From NCBI GenBank assembly GCA_964247055.1, contig OZ176053.1, positions 6,324,001-6,388,000 on the forward strand: 64,000 bases of DNA, written 5' to 3'. The stretch comes from Paragordius varius (lineage: Eukaryota; Animalia; Nematomorpha). Of this stretch, positions 1 to 13,260 are shown one piece after another. Under the pieces are notes generated by a model, which saw nothing but the letters and a program-made list of their open reading frames with translations, ran no database searches and was not told the origin of the DNA. A program made the position numbers and the translations under genes. The number at the start of each line of letters is the position of its first letter. Positions within the stretch are counted from its first letter, which is position 1.

Positions 1-1429
1 TCGTAATCATTTTCAACCGGGACCTAATATGAAATTAAAATAAAAATCATTTATATATATTTATAAAATATTCTGATCTTATAATTCGGCCGATAGATAC
101 AGTTAAGTAGGATAGGATTTATTTTTAAATAACCCTAGGTTATTTTCTCAAATTGTTAATTATTTTCAAACTGTTTGGTGCGGAGTAATTTTCATTGACA
201 CAATATTTATATTAACATTGGTATAATTATATCTGAATCTTAGACAAAATTTATAAAAAAAGAGTCACATAAAAATATAATAATAATAGCAAACTCTTAT
301 CTAAGGAATAAATATATATGTATAATTATATAAAAACAATTACCAAAATTACTAAATGAAAAAAACGCGCGGCCAAGCTGTCATTTTTTTAAAAAAAACA
401 GTGTATATAAATTGAGTTGATAAAGCCAGACTACTGTATTAACAAGAAATTCAATACCCATAGGTTTTTATATATTTGTTAGTGTTATTTGAATTTCAGG
501 TTATGATGGTGATAGTTAGGGCATCCGATTCCTGATATCCTATTACTGCAACATCGCTGTCAACTCTCAGTAGGCTAGTGTTTGGGATCCTTAAAAAATT
601 TAAGTTGTTGCTTATTAGAAATAAGGAAAAAGATACTAAATATATATGTTTTTTAATTTAAATGTTATTAAACAAAACTGTTGTTGTTGTTATAAGCTAG
701 TCATATACTGACTCTTGGCTTTCTCAAAGATTAGTGTTCTCCATTTTAGGAAAACACCGAATTTCACATTTTCACCTGAAAATAGTTTATAATGATAATG
801 AAGATTGTTAGCTTTATAAGAACTTTGTTAAAATTTCTGGCGAAAACTTTTAACTCTTCTATATTTTTATTATGGACGAAATCAATTTTGCGTTTATTGG
901 CTAAAAATAGTTTGAAACAATGTATAAAAGGTAAAAGTTGCATTTAAACCATTAAAGACGAAAAAAATGGTGCCGGGCATGGTTTTTGCGTTTTTGACCA
1001 GGCGTCTAAAGTTGGCTCTAATCTGCTTAGACATTAAATTATAAATTGGTAGATATTAAATCGATATTTATAGATTTTTTAAGCAACTTATTTCCCTTTT
1101 GTGTTTCTTTGCACAGCCGGGTTCATAGCAACTAAAGAAAATTAGGGTTTTTTTAGCAAAATAATTTAGCCAAGATTTTAGGTGTTTTAATTATATTCAA
1201 AGCCACTGCAAACATGGGGGTCTATGGCATAGAAATTTACATCTTAAAAAAATGAATTTTAAAATAAATCCTGAATTGAAATTACTGTTTATTTGGAATT
1301 GAACATTTTCTTTGATAAAAAGTCAAATGTTAATTTGCATTCCAAATCTTGATGATTTATTAAGCATTTAATGCTTTTCTTGACGGTTTTTCATTAATGT
1401 AAAGGAGTTATTGATTTTTTATCTATTAG

Positions 1430-2016
1430 GGTTAATATTCAATGAACAAGCCACGGGTGTTATACCAGAACGATCGCCCGAAAACCCGGTTTGTGATTAC
1501 TATCAAGAAGCTAGAAGAGATTGTCCTCGCATAAGTGGTTATGCGGATATGTCATGCGTTCGTGAAGTAGAAGACAAATTTTTTGCTGTGCAAGACGATG
1601 GATGTAAAAGCTTTTATGGGTGCTTTAAGGGGGCCACGCTCATTAGAAATAGGTTTAATTTTGGTTGTTATGATTTACAATACATAAAAATATGGCATAA
1701 TATTTTTGGAGGGTTATCCAATTTTACCTTAAATGATTAGTTTGCACGATTCTTTTTACTGGATTCTCTTTATTTAGATGGAAAATCATCTTTTATATTA
1801 TTACTTTATTACTTTAGATATAACATTTGGAAATTGCTTACAAATTTCTAAAAATTAATTATTTGTTGATTGACAAAGGTTATTTCATATATTTAAATCA
1901 ATTAATAAACGATATTTATTTTTTATAGCTGCCCTGGTGATTTATTATTTGATGAACGCCTTCAATCCTGTAATTACCCGGATATGGTGAATTGTCGTAA
2001 TTCAAGACGTTTTTAA
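1430..2016 (+). CDS. Small chitin-binding protein (CBM14 / peritrophin-A domain), 5'-incomplete; exons 1430-1652 and 1929-2016
   Basis: Splicing GT 1653 to AG 1928 gives ...DDGCKSFYGCFKGATLIRNS-CPGDLLFDERLQSCNYPDMVNCRNSRRF*, the typical CxxFYxC...CPxxLxFDxxxxxCxxPxxVxC cysteine pattern. AATAAA overlaps the stop. Start/signal-peptide exon not identified. Confidence 0.8.
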
Positions 2017-2312
2017 TAAATTATTTATATCGACAATTTAATATTTAATTATTCCACATATTTTCACTCACCAATTAATAAATTCACCATTTTTATATTC
2101 TTAATTTTTAATAATTTATAAAAAAAAGTTCAGCCAAAAAATTAAAAAATCATACAAAATGGCAACAGTTCAATCGGTTAACAGGTGCAATGTTAAAGAC
2201 TCGATCTTTGAGTTTCCTTATATTTATACCACCGATTACAATTATTTCAAAAATGCCTGACAAACAGCAATTTATGTAACAATAATCAATAATTTATTTT
2301 TACGTTTTAAGT

Positions 2313-5300
2313 CTACCCCCCATTATAATATGAGAAATTATTATTTGGCATTTGCATATGATGCGGATTAAAACTATTTGGATCAACATGATAATTAACG
2401 GTGTTTTGAAAATGAAGGTCCATTGGATTAGGAGGAATGGGAGGTGCCATACCAGGAAATGGTATAGCGTAATTATCATGCGATTGATAATAGTTATAAT
2501 TTGCGTAATTTTGGGACGTGGGAAAATTGTTATGTGGTTGCGGGGGACGACTGGGGGTAAAATTTTGAGGGAAATAATTATACATCTCTCCAGGTTGACT
2601 TTGATAATAGAAGGGCGGAAAAAAATTTGGATTATTATGATTCCAAGGTGGATGATCAGGAGTAGGCATTGGTATTGAATGATCAATGCTTGCTGAGCCT
2701 ACCGGCGGTGGGGGAATCTGGTTTATATTTGGCAGCGGGCCAAAATTTATTTCGTGATTAGTATTTGGATGAGAGGGAACACTTGTTATTGTTTCCTAGA
2801 CAATAAACGATAATTAATAAGTTTTACGATAAATTTTGAATAATAAGCGACCACAAAAATTATTAATCATTTTTAAGCAGGCATATATTGTTTAAAATTG
2901 CAGTTTGAAAATGGGATATCAATAAAATTAACATACCAAAGGAGCGCGATGAAATGGCTGATTGAATGGCACATTGTGATCCAAATGATGTGTCAAAGGG
3001 ACATTTTTTGTTTCATTATTCTGACTTGGAGTTAATACATTTTGTAGAGGTTGAGCTATAAATAATATACTAGTCTATAAAATACTTTTAACGTTAAGAA
3101 CCATGAATTACATTAATCAAGATTATAAATTAATCTTTAATATAATTTTATGAGACATTTAATAGATTTAAGTTTTTAAATATAAGGTATTTAATATAAG
3201 GTATCAAAAGTTAATTGCGATTTTGCTATTACAAAATAAAAAATAGGCATAAGTAAATTTAACAACAATAATATGTCCTAAATTTTGATTGAATTTCTGT
3301 TTCGATGTCATTTCAAGTATATTTATCCATGAAACGCAAAAACTTAAAAACTATTGATGTCAAAATAATGTAAAACATCCATCAATCAAAGGTTATTGCA
3401 AACATATATACTATAAAACTTGTATACCTATTTTAGAAGCAGTTGATGTTACAAGTCTTCCAATACCAACATTTTTATTTGGATAGGTGGTAACAACTTT
3501 AACGCTATTGTTGATTATGGGTTGACAATTTGAAACATTTGGTGGTATAACTGTTGAATGAGTCGGTGGAGGGTGAGATAAAGACATGGTTGAAAAGGCG
3601 GCATTCTGCGTCATTAAAAACGTGGAAAAATCGGTGTTTGCGTTAAAACCTTCGTTGTCAAAGCCCATGCACCTAAGCGCGAAGCGGGCCACATCTATTT
3701 TAGCTAATTTACGGACGGGATTAGATGTCGGTGCAACGAATTTTTTACCCTTCACAGTTACCTACGTGTATATTGATTTGTAAATTATCAAGCAGACCAT
3801 TACATTATTGTCACAAAAAGGATTCAATAACAACTTTGATACAATCAGGAAGAAATTTGTTAGCAAGCAAAATTGAAGCATGTATGATTAAAGATTATCA
3901 ACAAAAAATAGAAATTTACAAGCCTTTCATTTGTAACCTATATCTAGGGGTTACTTTTTGCATAAAATATCCAAATGTTTAGTAGGTAAATATTTGGCAG
4001 AGAAGCCAATTAATAACTAAGATAGTTGTTATGTATTTACAAATTCGATTATAATAACCGTACTTGTAAAATATATGGATTGACTTTCACATCTTTGTAA
4101 ATGGGATCACTCCAACGCATTTTTTGACAAATTTCATTTAAAGCAGAAACTGGGTGCTTAACTGCAATAATAAATAATTTATGAAACTTGGGATAATACT
4201 AAAAAATAGTTTGTAAATAATGATAAAAACGGTAACATACCTAATGTATCCTGAAATCTTGAGTCGAATCCCATTTCCGACAAACTTCTTAAACCTTTAA
4301 AGGAATAAAAAATTGTCATTTGATTATTTTGGTATATATAGTAAGAAAAATTCGAAAATCTATCAATAAAAATTAAAATCATTAAAACATTGTATATTAA
4401 TATGATAAATACAAATTTAACATAAAAAATTTAAAAAAAATTTATCATCTCAAGACACAAGCGTATTACAACTGTATTTTTTTAGAAATCGCGTAAATTA
4501 CCAATTATAAAATTACAAAAATCTGAAAAAAACTAGATTAAATCACCTGATCGATCATATTTTAGTTCCAAATTTAAAATGTCCTCATCTTCATCCAAAT
4601 CTCGTTCGCTTTTCCCCAAAGCCTTTCCCGGTTTCCAACCCATTTTTGTCATGAGTTTTAAGGCTACATCGTTGGGTTTATAATCGTGACGTTTCATAAG
4701 ATAATCCTAAACAGCCACACAAAAAATTATATGCATTAGAATGTAAATAATGTTTTTGGGTGTAAAGCATCCATCACTAGATCCATTAATTTCTGCCAGA
4801 AAATTTTTAGAGTAAAGAGCGATATTATTGGCTTCAATCTAGTGCATATTAAAATAAACATTTTTTGCTTTTTTTATTTAAAACAATACCTTTATTTGTT
4901 GCTGTAAAAGTTATTTTCGATATATTTTATGAAAACTAGCAATGAATGTTTACTGACACTGTATATATACTTAATCAATAACTTTTAAATTAAAATAAAA
5001 CCATTTTTTGATAAAGAGAGGTCAGTAATTTACTTTAAGGATTTTATTTACATATAGCCATTTTTGGTAATCTTTAAGAAATTTTATAGGATATTCGTAT
5101 CTTTTACCACTGGCAAATCCGGAATAAATGCTGGTAATTCTGACATTGAGTTTATCGCATTTTTTGTGTTATTAGTGATATTTTTGGACCACTCTGATAT
5201 CTATGAAAATTAAAATTTGGCTCATGTGAATGAATCAATTAAAAAAGAATAGGCATATATATATATATAATACAGGAAGAGGGTTTGAATGAAATAAAAG

Positions 5301-6856
5301 GAGAGAATTAAACAAGTCTGTTTACTTTATAAAATCCTACATATATCATTTATGATTATTATGTTTCAATTAAAGATCAAAAAAACCTTTATAAAAAATA
5401 GGAAAACAATAAATACAATAGATTTAAAATTCGTTATTTGCGATTATTTATGGTTTAAATGTATTAAAAAATGATTGAAATTTTTAAATTTCGGAACAGG
5501 GCGAAATGTTTTGAAAAAGCGAGGGATTTAAACCTGACAAAGTCTCCGAATCCGAAACCCTACTTCTACTCAACTGATATAAATTTATAAGTTGATCGGT
5601 TTTTATATCGAAAAACACTCCTTTTTACCTTTTTAATTGTAAAACAACATAAAATAGCTATATAATCAAATTTTTAAACCGTAAAACCGGTTGTAAACAA
5701 TTTGATTTATAGACCGTTTCACAAAATTAAAAACTGCTTACTATTAAAATCTAGATAATAATTTAAATTGGGTTAGTGACATCTGCATAAAATAAAAATT
5801 AATATTCCAATATATATAAGCACACAAACCTGTGTTGTAAAATATAAGTGCATGTGTGCAGGCTTTCAAAATGCTTAATCTCAAATTTTGGGAATAATCC
5901 ATGGTAAATCTAAAGCTTTTTCTAATATATATAATATGTAAGCAAATATATCGTTATTGATACATTTACTTAAATATGTATATATATTGATAATTTTCTT
6001 ACTTTATTCAATTACTTATATAATTTCAGTAAAAAATTTTAATCGCCAGGCTTTTAACAATTTATTTGGAGCGATTTAAAGATGTTTAAAAATAACTGTT
6101 TTTTTAACCTCTTGGTCTATTATTTTTAATCTATTGTTTTGATCAGTGGTGGCTTCCGAATTCGACGATTTGATTTGTGCTAAAATATTTGTCCGTTCCA
6201 AAATTAACTGCTGAATTCCTTCAGATTTTGGATTTGTCTAAGATAATCAAAATAAAATTTACTTTATGATCTTTTCCAGATGATGTAGGGAATAATTTAG
6301 ATTTAAAAGCGGTTAAAGGTGTGATGTTACGAACAAATTGATGGTTTTGATTCGCCTTTATATCATTAGATAACAGAATAGAATTCTCTATTTTAGGGGA
6401 GTCATTTGTTAAACTTATAGAATTGGCATCAATTATAGATACATTATCAGCTTTGTTAGAATCGTCATTCAACAAGCCCAAACATTCATCTAAAGATAAA
6501 TAAGCAAGAAAACTTGTAAATTTTAACACATCCTTATTTAATTGGCTTCGCATATTTTTTAGCTTTGAATCCGATATAATTTCCTCTGCAGATTCGCTCC
6601 CGCTACGCCAATCTCTAGGGCGTGTATTCAACCGTTTATTGGATGTGTTGGGACTTCTAGATTTACGATGGTTATAAGAGCTTCTGTAAGATTCTTTCTT
6701 TTTACTTAAAGAAGATGATCGCTTCCGATGACTTCTATCACGTTTGCTAGATATAGACCTTTTTCGAGATTTAGACCTTTTACTGGAATCGGAATTTTTG
6801 CGATAATTATCCCTTTTGCGTGAGATTGACCTGTCTTTTCTTTTACCCTTGCCCAT
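2313..6856 (-). CDS. SON: SON-like splicing cofactor (RS domain, G-patch, dsRNA-binding motif, P/N/Y-rich tail), at least 10 exons
   Basis: Exon 6856-6263 is RS-rich and ends FPTSSGKDHK (SON FPVSSG motif). 6237-6109 GIQQLILERTNIL; 5200-~5108 ISEWSK; ~4705-4547 G-patch LKLMTKMGWKPGKALGK; 4294-4241; 4161-4064 KHPVSALNEICQKMRW and 3761-3428 complete the dsRBD; 3055-2937 and 2795-2313 form the tail. Exon structure between 4705 and 5108 is unresolved, and the start at 6856 is not certain. Confidence 0.85.
6238..6262 (-). other. 25-nt GT-AG intron (first coding intron of SON)
   Basis: GTAAATTTTATTTTGATTATCTTAG. Removal joins GKDHK to TNPKSEGIQQLILER in frame; retention leads to the stop at 6221. 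Confidence 0.8.
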
Positions 6857-8476
6857 CTATCAGATGTTATAATGCTTTTATATCCTCTCAATCAAATTGG
6901 GGTATCTAAATAACCCAAACTATATTTCAGTTAAAATTTTTAGAGAAAATACTGAAAGAAACGGCTCAATTTAAATTTATGCTTCTATCCTAATATAATT
7001 ATATAAAGATGCCGAATAAAAATTTAGTTGTGAAAAAAAGTTCCATATCAAACTACTTCGACCCCATTTTTATTTTCCAACATTTTTGTGATTTTAAAAT
7101 CAAAGCTAATTTATCATTAAAATCAAACTTTGATAGCAGATGTGGGTCATTTAATTCATTTTTTTAAAATTTAGCTAATGGACACATGTCATGTTGACTA
7201 AATTTATGCCTTAAGGTTTTACCTGAAAAAAATAACATCAAGTATTTTTGAATAAACTTTTATATATTTTGGTTCATTAATGTTATAAATGTGGAAATTT
7301 TTGCCATGGTTTCAATTCATTCCATATTTTTTGAATATTTAATTTTAAAGGCCTGGGGTATCGAACTAACCCAAATTGAATCGCCAAGTGATATAAAAGA
7401 TAAAAAATTTTAATCTTGGTTTTTACAAAAAATTGTGCAAAATTCCGAAAAACATTGATACACATAAAAATTATAATGTAAATGCCTAAAGTCACTAACC
7501 CGATGCAACGCGTCTGTCACTTACAGATCACTCACTGGTGTTTGGAAGGGAGGGGTAAGGGAAGTGTACTTTATACTATTTTTGATGTTGGAAACGAAAT
7601 AAAAATGCTTATATTACTTTTTCTATAAATTCTTCATTTTTATCGCTTCAAATTTTAATGTAAAGGTTATTTATTTTCAAATTTTGGTAAATTTTTATAA
7701 AAAACGTGCAAAATCAGAGGGTATAAAAACAAATCCTTGTAAATTTTTTATATCCCGATAAAAATATATCAGGATTACAATGAACTGCGCTATAACAAAA
7801 AATGACAAAATGGCGCACATTGTGTTTTTCCAAATCTTTGATCAAAACTAAATGCTTCATTCCAAAAACATCACTACTATATATTATATATTTCTGTAAA
7901 AAGCAAAACAATTTTTTAAATATATTTTTATTTTAAGCTGTGAGTCACGAACTGAAATTTTTCATTCTTTTAAAATTGAATAGTTTTATAAACGCAAAAA
8001 TGCCGTGATTGCACGATAAAAATTTTCTATGCCATCAAAAAAATATTTTTAAAAATGCATACTTTTAAAAAAATTTTAATTTTTATTGATATTTTGTGGA
8101 AGAGTACCCCATTCTATTTTTAGGCAGGATGAAAACGGTATAAAAACCCCTTCTCTAGATAACCCAATGATGCTTAACATTTCTACGCTTCACAATTATA
8201 TTTTAAAGGGTGGTTCGTCCTGATTATGTCTAATCAAAATTGTGTTTAAAATTAAGATTCTGAAGCGAAGGAAATGTTTAGATCGAATTATATAGAAATA
8301 TATAAGCATTTTTAAACCGTTTCCATCATTACCAAAAATAGTATGAAGTACGCTTCATCAAAATATCTAAAAATTAAATTTTAAAAAGTAATATATTTAT
8401 AAGTATATATTTTTATGCCAAAATTTAGCATGTTTTATTACGATTCCGGAATTTTTGCGTTTATAACGCTGGAAAG

Positions 8477-9010
8477 AACACATTCATTTCATTTTCGATT
8501 TAAATTAGGGTAGTTGGATACCCCCAGCTTTTTTAAAATGAAATTCAATAAATATGGAATAAATTAAACAAATGGCAAAATTTTGCACTTATAAACATCA
8601 TAAACCATAATATAAAAAAATATTTATATACTTGATATTACTTATGAGGCACAATATAAAGGTAAAAATTTAGCCAGCATGACATGTGGGCATAAGCTAA
8701 ATATAAAAATAATGCAAAATATACTACTTTTTATGTTTAGATCAATATTAAATTTTATTATTATAATAAAAAAGTACAATTAATTTTGGCCTTAGAATTA
8801 AATAAACACGATATTTTGCAAAAATGTTGTAAAAAAGGCGGCGAAGTTTGATACGTTCAAAATTAAATTTTTTTAGATATTTTGACCTATTTATATATTT
8901 TTTGGGATAGAAGCATAAATTTAAATGTAAACCGTTACTTTCATTAGTTTTTTAGAAATGTCAATTTAAATATTGTCTGGGGTATTTAGCCCTAATTCGA
9001 ATCGATTAAA
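8477..9010. repeat. Dispersed ~500-bp repeat; second copy 21431-21960 and inverted fragment ~7160-7260
   Basis: Shared blocks AACACATTCATTTCA, TTTGCACTTATA, TACTTGATATTACTTAT, AAAGGTAAAA(A)TTTAG and AATTAAATAAACACG..TATTTTGCAAAAATGTTGTAAA occur in both copies. Confidence 0.65.
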
Positions 9011-10359
9011 AAACAGCTCATATTAAAAGAGTGGAAAAATTTGTGACTTTCGAAGATCGAAAAATAAAAATATTTTATTTTTTTTCCTTTTTATATCTAG
9101 TTTATGATATATTTAGTGATATTTTTTGGAAGCATTTTTTTACCAAATACAAAAATGTGCTCGCCATTTTCGGATATTAAACACCTACCACAAAAGTGTA
9201 TTACATCACGCGTAAGGGCTAAAACAAAAAGCACCATGATAATCTTGATACATATCAGAATATATATATTTCATCAGGTTATTTTTATACCCCTGGATTT
9301 TAGACGCAATGTTATTTTAATCGAAATTCTAAAGTGATAGATATGTTTAGTCTCGAATTATATAGTGTGTTTTAATTACTAACGCGCTTTTACCTTTTCC
9401 ACCATGCTTTAATAAACTTTTAGAGTATGGATTCAGATACCTCCAAAACAGGATTGATACGAACAGCTGATATTAATATAAAAAATTTGTTAGTAAATTG
9501 TAATTAAAAAGCTTTAAAGGTTATATTTTACTCATAATATACATAGCGGTGTTATATTCGCGATTTTAAAAATAAATCAGGCGAAAAAATTTGAGATGTT
9601 TTTAATTTTATTATTTAAAACAAAAAATTTTGCATCATGCGCCTAAAAGGTTAAGGAAGGCTTTTTCAAATTTGGCCCAACGATAAAAATATATTTTAAG
9701 ATAATTAAATTTTAAATGGCCCTGGGATATAAAACTACCCCAAAACTTCAAGAAATGTTGATCAACAATTTGAGATGATAAAATATTATGCATCATCAAA
9801 TTATAAAGGAAAACGTTTTTTAATATCTTAAAGTGTTTCTATATCAATTTCACCATGCTTGAAAATAATATAAAACACGCTTTACCATTTGCTATAAACC
9901 AAGTTTAAATATAGTATATAATGTATTTTAGTGATATTTTTGGGAATAAACATTTAGCTAAAAAGTTTTAATTAGTATAATATTCACAAATTTTGCCATT
10001 TTTTCGATACGAAACAATTAGCACAAAAGTGGTAGTATGCTATCAAATATCTTTAAAGCCTTAGTGAACACTGTGTTCATATTTCTTCATAATATTTGCT
10101 CTCCCGCCAATTCTGCACATAAATTTAGAAATATTACTATCACATTTTAATTAATTACAATAGCTAAAATAATTCTTTAATTATCTACTTATTTCAAGTG
10201 GACCTGAATGCTATTAAAATTTAAAGCTCTGCAATTTTCAAATTTGGTAAAAGCAAAAGTTTCTCTCTATATATCTAATCTTTGATAAAAATTTTTTTAG
10301 TGTAAATTGTTACAAATTTAAGGCTCTGAGTTAATTATCCCAAAATGTATCATTTATAA

Positions 10360-13260
10360 TAATTACATTATATGATATCACTCTTTCGAGCGGTCATATC
10401 CGTGAGAACCCTGTCTAAGGCGTCTTCGCGTTTTAGGTTCAGTTTTGCCATGTCCCTCTTAACTGTATCTATCCATCGCGTTTTAGGGCGCCCTTTTCCC
10501 CTCTTGCCTTTCACAATATAATCATCAATCTTTTGACCAATGTAATTATTATCTCTTCTTTCAACATGTCCGAACCATCTTAAACGATTTACCATCATCT
10601 TTTGCGTTACCGGTTTGATTTCTGCACTTCCTCTTTCTAGACATTCTTCACCTTGTCATTCCTCGTTACACCGCACATCAATCTAAGCATTCTCATTTCA
10701 GTAACCTCAAAGTGCCTCTCTTCTGATTTCTTTATTGCCCATGTCTCTGAGTTGTACATCATTGTTGTTTGTACAACAGCACTGTAAATCTTACCATTTA
10801 CTTTAAAGGTCAATGTTTTTGTCGCACAAAACACTTGAGATCTTTTTATAATTTGCCCAACTATTTCGAATTCTCAAATTAATATCAAGTGTTAAAGAAC
10901 AATCTGCTGCTAATATCGCTCCTAAATATTTGCATTCCTCCTGACCTTTACCACCCTTCTTCTAATTCTATTTCTCGTTTTTTCCCGCCAAAATTTATCA
11001 GTTCCGTTTTTTTTTATTAACTTTTAATCCACATCGTCGTAACACATCAATCCATTTACCCACCAATTCTTTTAATTTATGCAACTCGTCGGACAGCACT
11101 ATTAGGTCGTCTGCTTAAAGAAAATACCAGCCACCATATTGCCCCACTTCTTTTGAGATTTCGTCCATGCATATTATAAATAGTAACGGGCTGATTGAGG
11201 ACCCCTGATAGACCCCTTCGTTTATTTTAATAGGACCTGATATTCCCTGGTGTTTAATTTTGGTTTGGTGTGATTCGTACATGCTTCTTAAAATCTTTAT
11301 TTAACTTTCAGGGACCTCTTCCGTCTTAAGCTCCACCATATTGGGCTCCGAGGTGTTCTGTCAAATGCCTTTTCAATATCAATACAAATACCATGCAACT
11401 CCTTTTTCATTTCTATATGCTTCTCGATTAGACTTCTTACTGCGTGGATCGGATCAATGGTGGATTTTCCTGGAATAAAACCAAATTGATTACCCTCTAT
11501 ACTAACCATTTTTCTTATTCTTTTCTCTAGTACTTTCTCTAATAACTTCATTATATGCGACATCAATCTTATCCCTCTGTAATTATTACAATCATTAAAA
11601 TCTCCTTTACCCTTGAAAATTGGAACAGTGAAATCTCCTTCCATTCGGTGGTATCATACCTGTAATAACTACATTATTAAAAATATCCTTCAAAAATTCA
11701 ATACCTTTCTCTGACATTATTTTCCAACAGTTTATGTTAATATCGTCTGGACCTGCAGCCTTATTTATTGATATCTCTTCTAAACGAGCCTGGACTTCTT
11801 CTTTTTTTATACTTTCAATATGCGCAGATATATAATCTGGTGTTTCGGGTAAACTTGTTTCACTGACGCCCAATTCAAGGTCCTGGAAATTCTTTCCACC
11901 TTTTCATATTTTCGCTTCCTCAACGAGTAATTTGCCGTTTTTATCTTTAATAGCTGTCGCGTAAGGGGGAAAGTCCAGCTTTCTTCTGTGTCTTTGTCGA
12001 ACAATTTTAAAAACTTTGTTTAGACCTTGCTTACTGTTTAACTCTTCATATAATGATGCCGTCTTTTCTTTTTTGACCAATCTTACAAGCCTTTTAAGTT
12101 CCTTATTAATCCTTTTATATTTTTCCTTGTCTTCTGCTTGGTGGGTAAACCTCCACATTTTAAAAGCTTTTCTTTTCTCTCGCGATGAATTATTTTTTCG
12201 TCTTTCAGCCATGCCTCTCTATAAACCTGATTTCTGCCACCTTTCATTGCGCACATCTGAACCCGCCTCTCTTATTTTATTGCCACATGAGACCAAACAC
12301 TTTCTGGATCATTGTTCCTGTCTAGTATGCCTACCGTTTCTACAAATCTTTCTTTACTGTTTCTTAGGGAATCCCATTTTACCTTCGGCGCTATAAGCTT
12401 AGGCTTTTTGGCATTTATTGGTATATCTGTCATATATTTACACATAATTAAATTGTGTTGTGTGCTAATCTGCAGGTTAGGTATCACTTTTCAGTCTAAA
12501 ACAAACTTAAAGACTTTCGTGGTACTAGAATATAATCGATTTGTGACTTCTTATTTCCACTTTCGTAGGTAATTAAGTGGCTATCCCTTTTAGTAAAAAA
12601 AGTATTTGTTATAGCAAAGTTATAAGATTGGGCAAATCTAAATAAACTAGCCCCTTCTTCATTTATAACACCGTAACCTTTTCCGCCGTGAGTAGGCTTA
12701 AAACCTCTCCTATTTTGTCCCACGTGCCCATTGAAATCACCACAAAATAGAATTTCTCTGTCTTTCGTTAATGAAGTCATTTCTGCGTCTAACAAATCAT
12801 AAAATTTATCTTTCTCCAGTTAAGTTAACCCTATCTGGAAGGCATAGACGCTAAAGATAGTAAAAACCCTGTTATTTAACAATAGGTCGTCACATATAAT
12901 TCTACTGTCAGCACGTCTAACCTCAATTACTTGATTGGCAAATCTTGGACACACTATTATGACGACCCCACTGTAACCATCCGTAGAACCTGAATAAAAT
13001 ATATTATAATTACCCTCCAACGTCTTAGTATCATTTCCACGGTGTCTGGTCTCCTGAATGCACAAAAAATTTACTTTTTTTACCCTCATAGTTTCAACTA
13101 AATCATATAACTTACTTTTTAACGAACCGATATTTGTATTGGCAAAACACATTCTACAACCTTCCTTATCCCTATTGGCCCCTACCTCCGTGCAGCGACT
13201 GGCCGGGTCTGGCCTGCACGCCTTACAAAAAAACTCATAAAAAACAAAAATACAATAAAT
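10360..13260 (-). mobile_element. RTE-clade non-LTR retrotransposon (APE + RT), inactivated
   Basis: APE motifs NIGSL, LCIQETR, FCGDFNGHVG, SQIDYIL. RT motifs NYRGIRLMS, QFGFIPGKST, IDIEKAFD, GVYQGSSISPLLF, and YADD mutated to *ADD near 11110. C-terminal RLRWFGHVERR and GKRGKGRPKTRW. Multiple frameshifts and stops. A possible 5' UTR extends to ~13700. Confidence 0.93.

Noticed and set aside
498-980. Possible small minus-strand exons (e.g. GENVKFGVFLKWRTLIFEK and IPNTSLLRVDSDVAVIGYQES)
   Set aside because: Two pieces join in phase, but upstream pieces do not and there is no recognisable homology.
2300-2686. Overlapping ORFs 2352-2678 (+) and 2300-2686 (-)
   Set aside because: These are shadow frames of the low-complexity last SON exon (2795-2313), which splices in phase with upstream exons.
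6857-6870. AG immediately or shortly before the ATGs of SON, POLG, ALDH1L1 and TMCO4, suggesting spliced-leader trans-splicing
   Set aside because: AG within ~10 nt is expected by chance and no outron signal can be shown from DNA. Kept only as an alternative to test with 5' reads.
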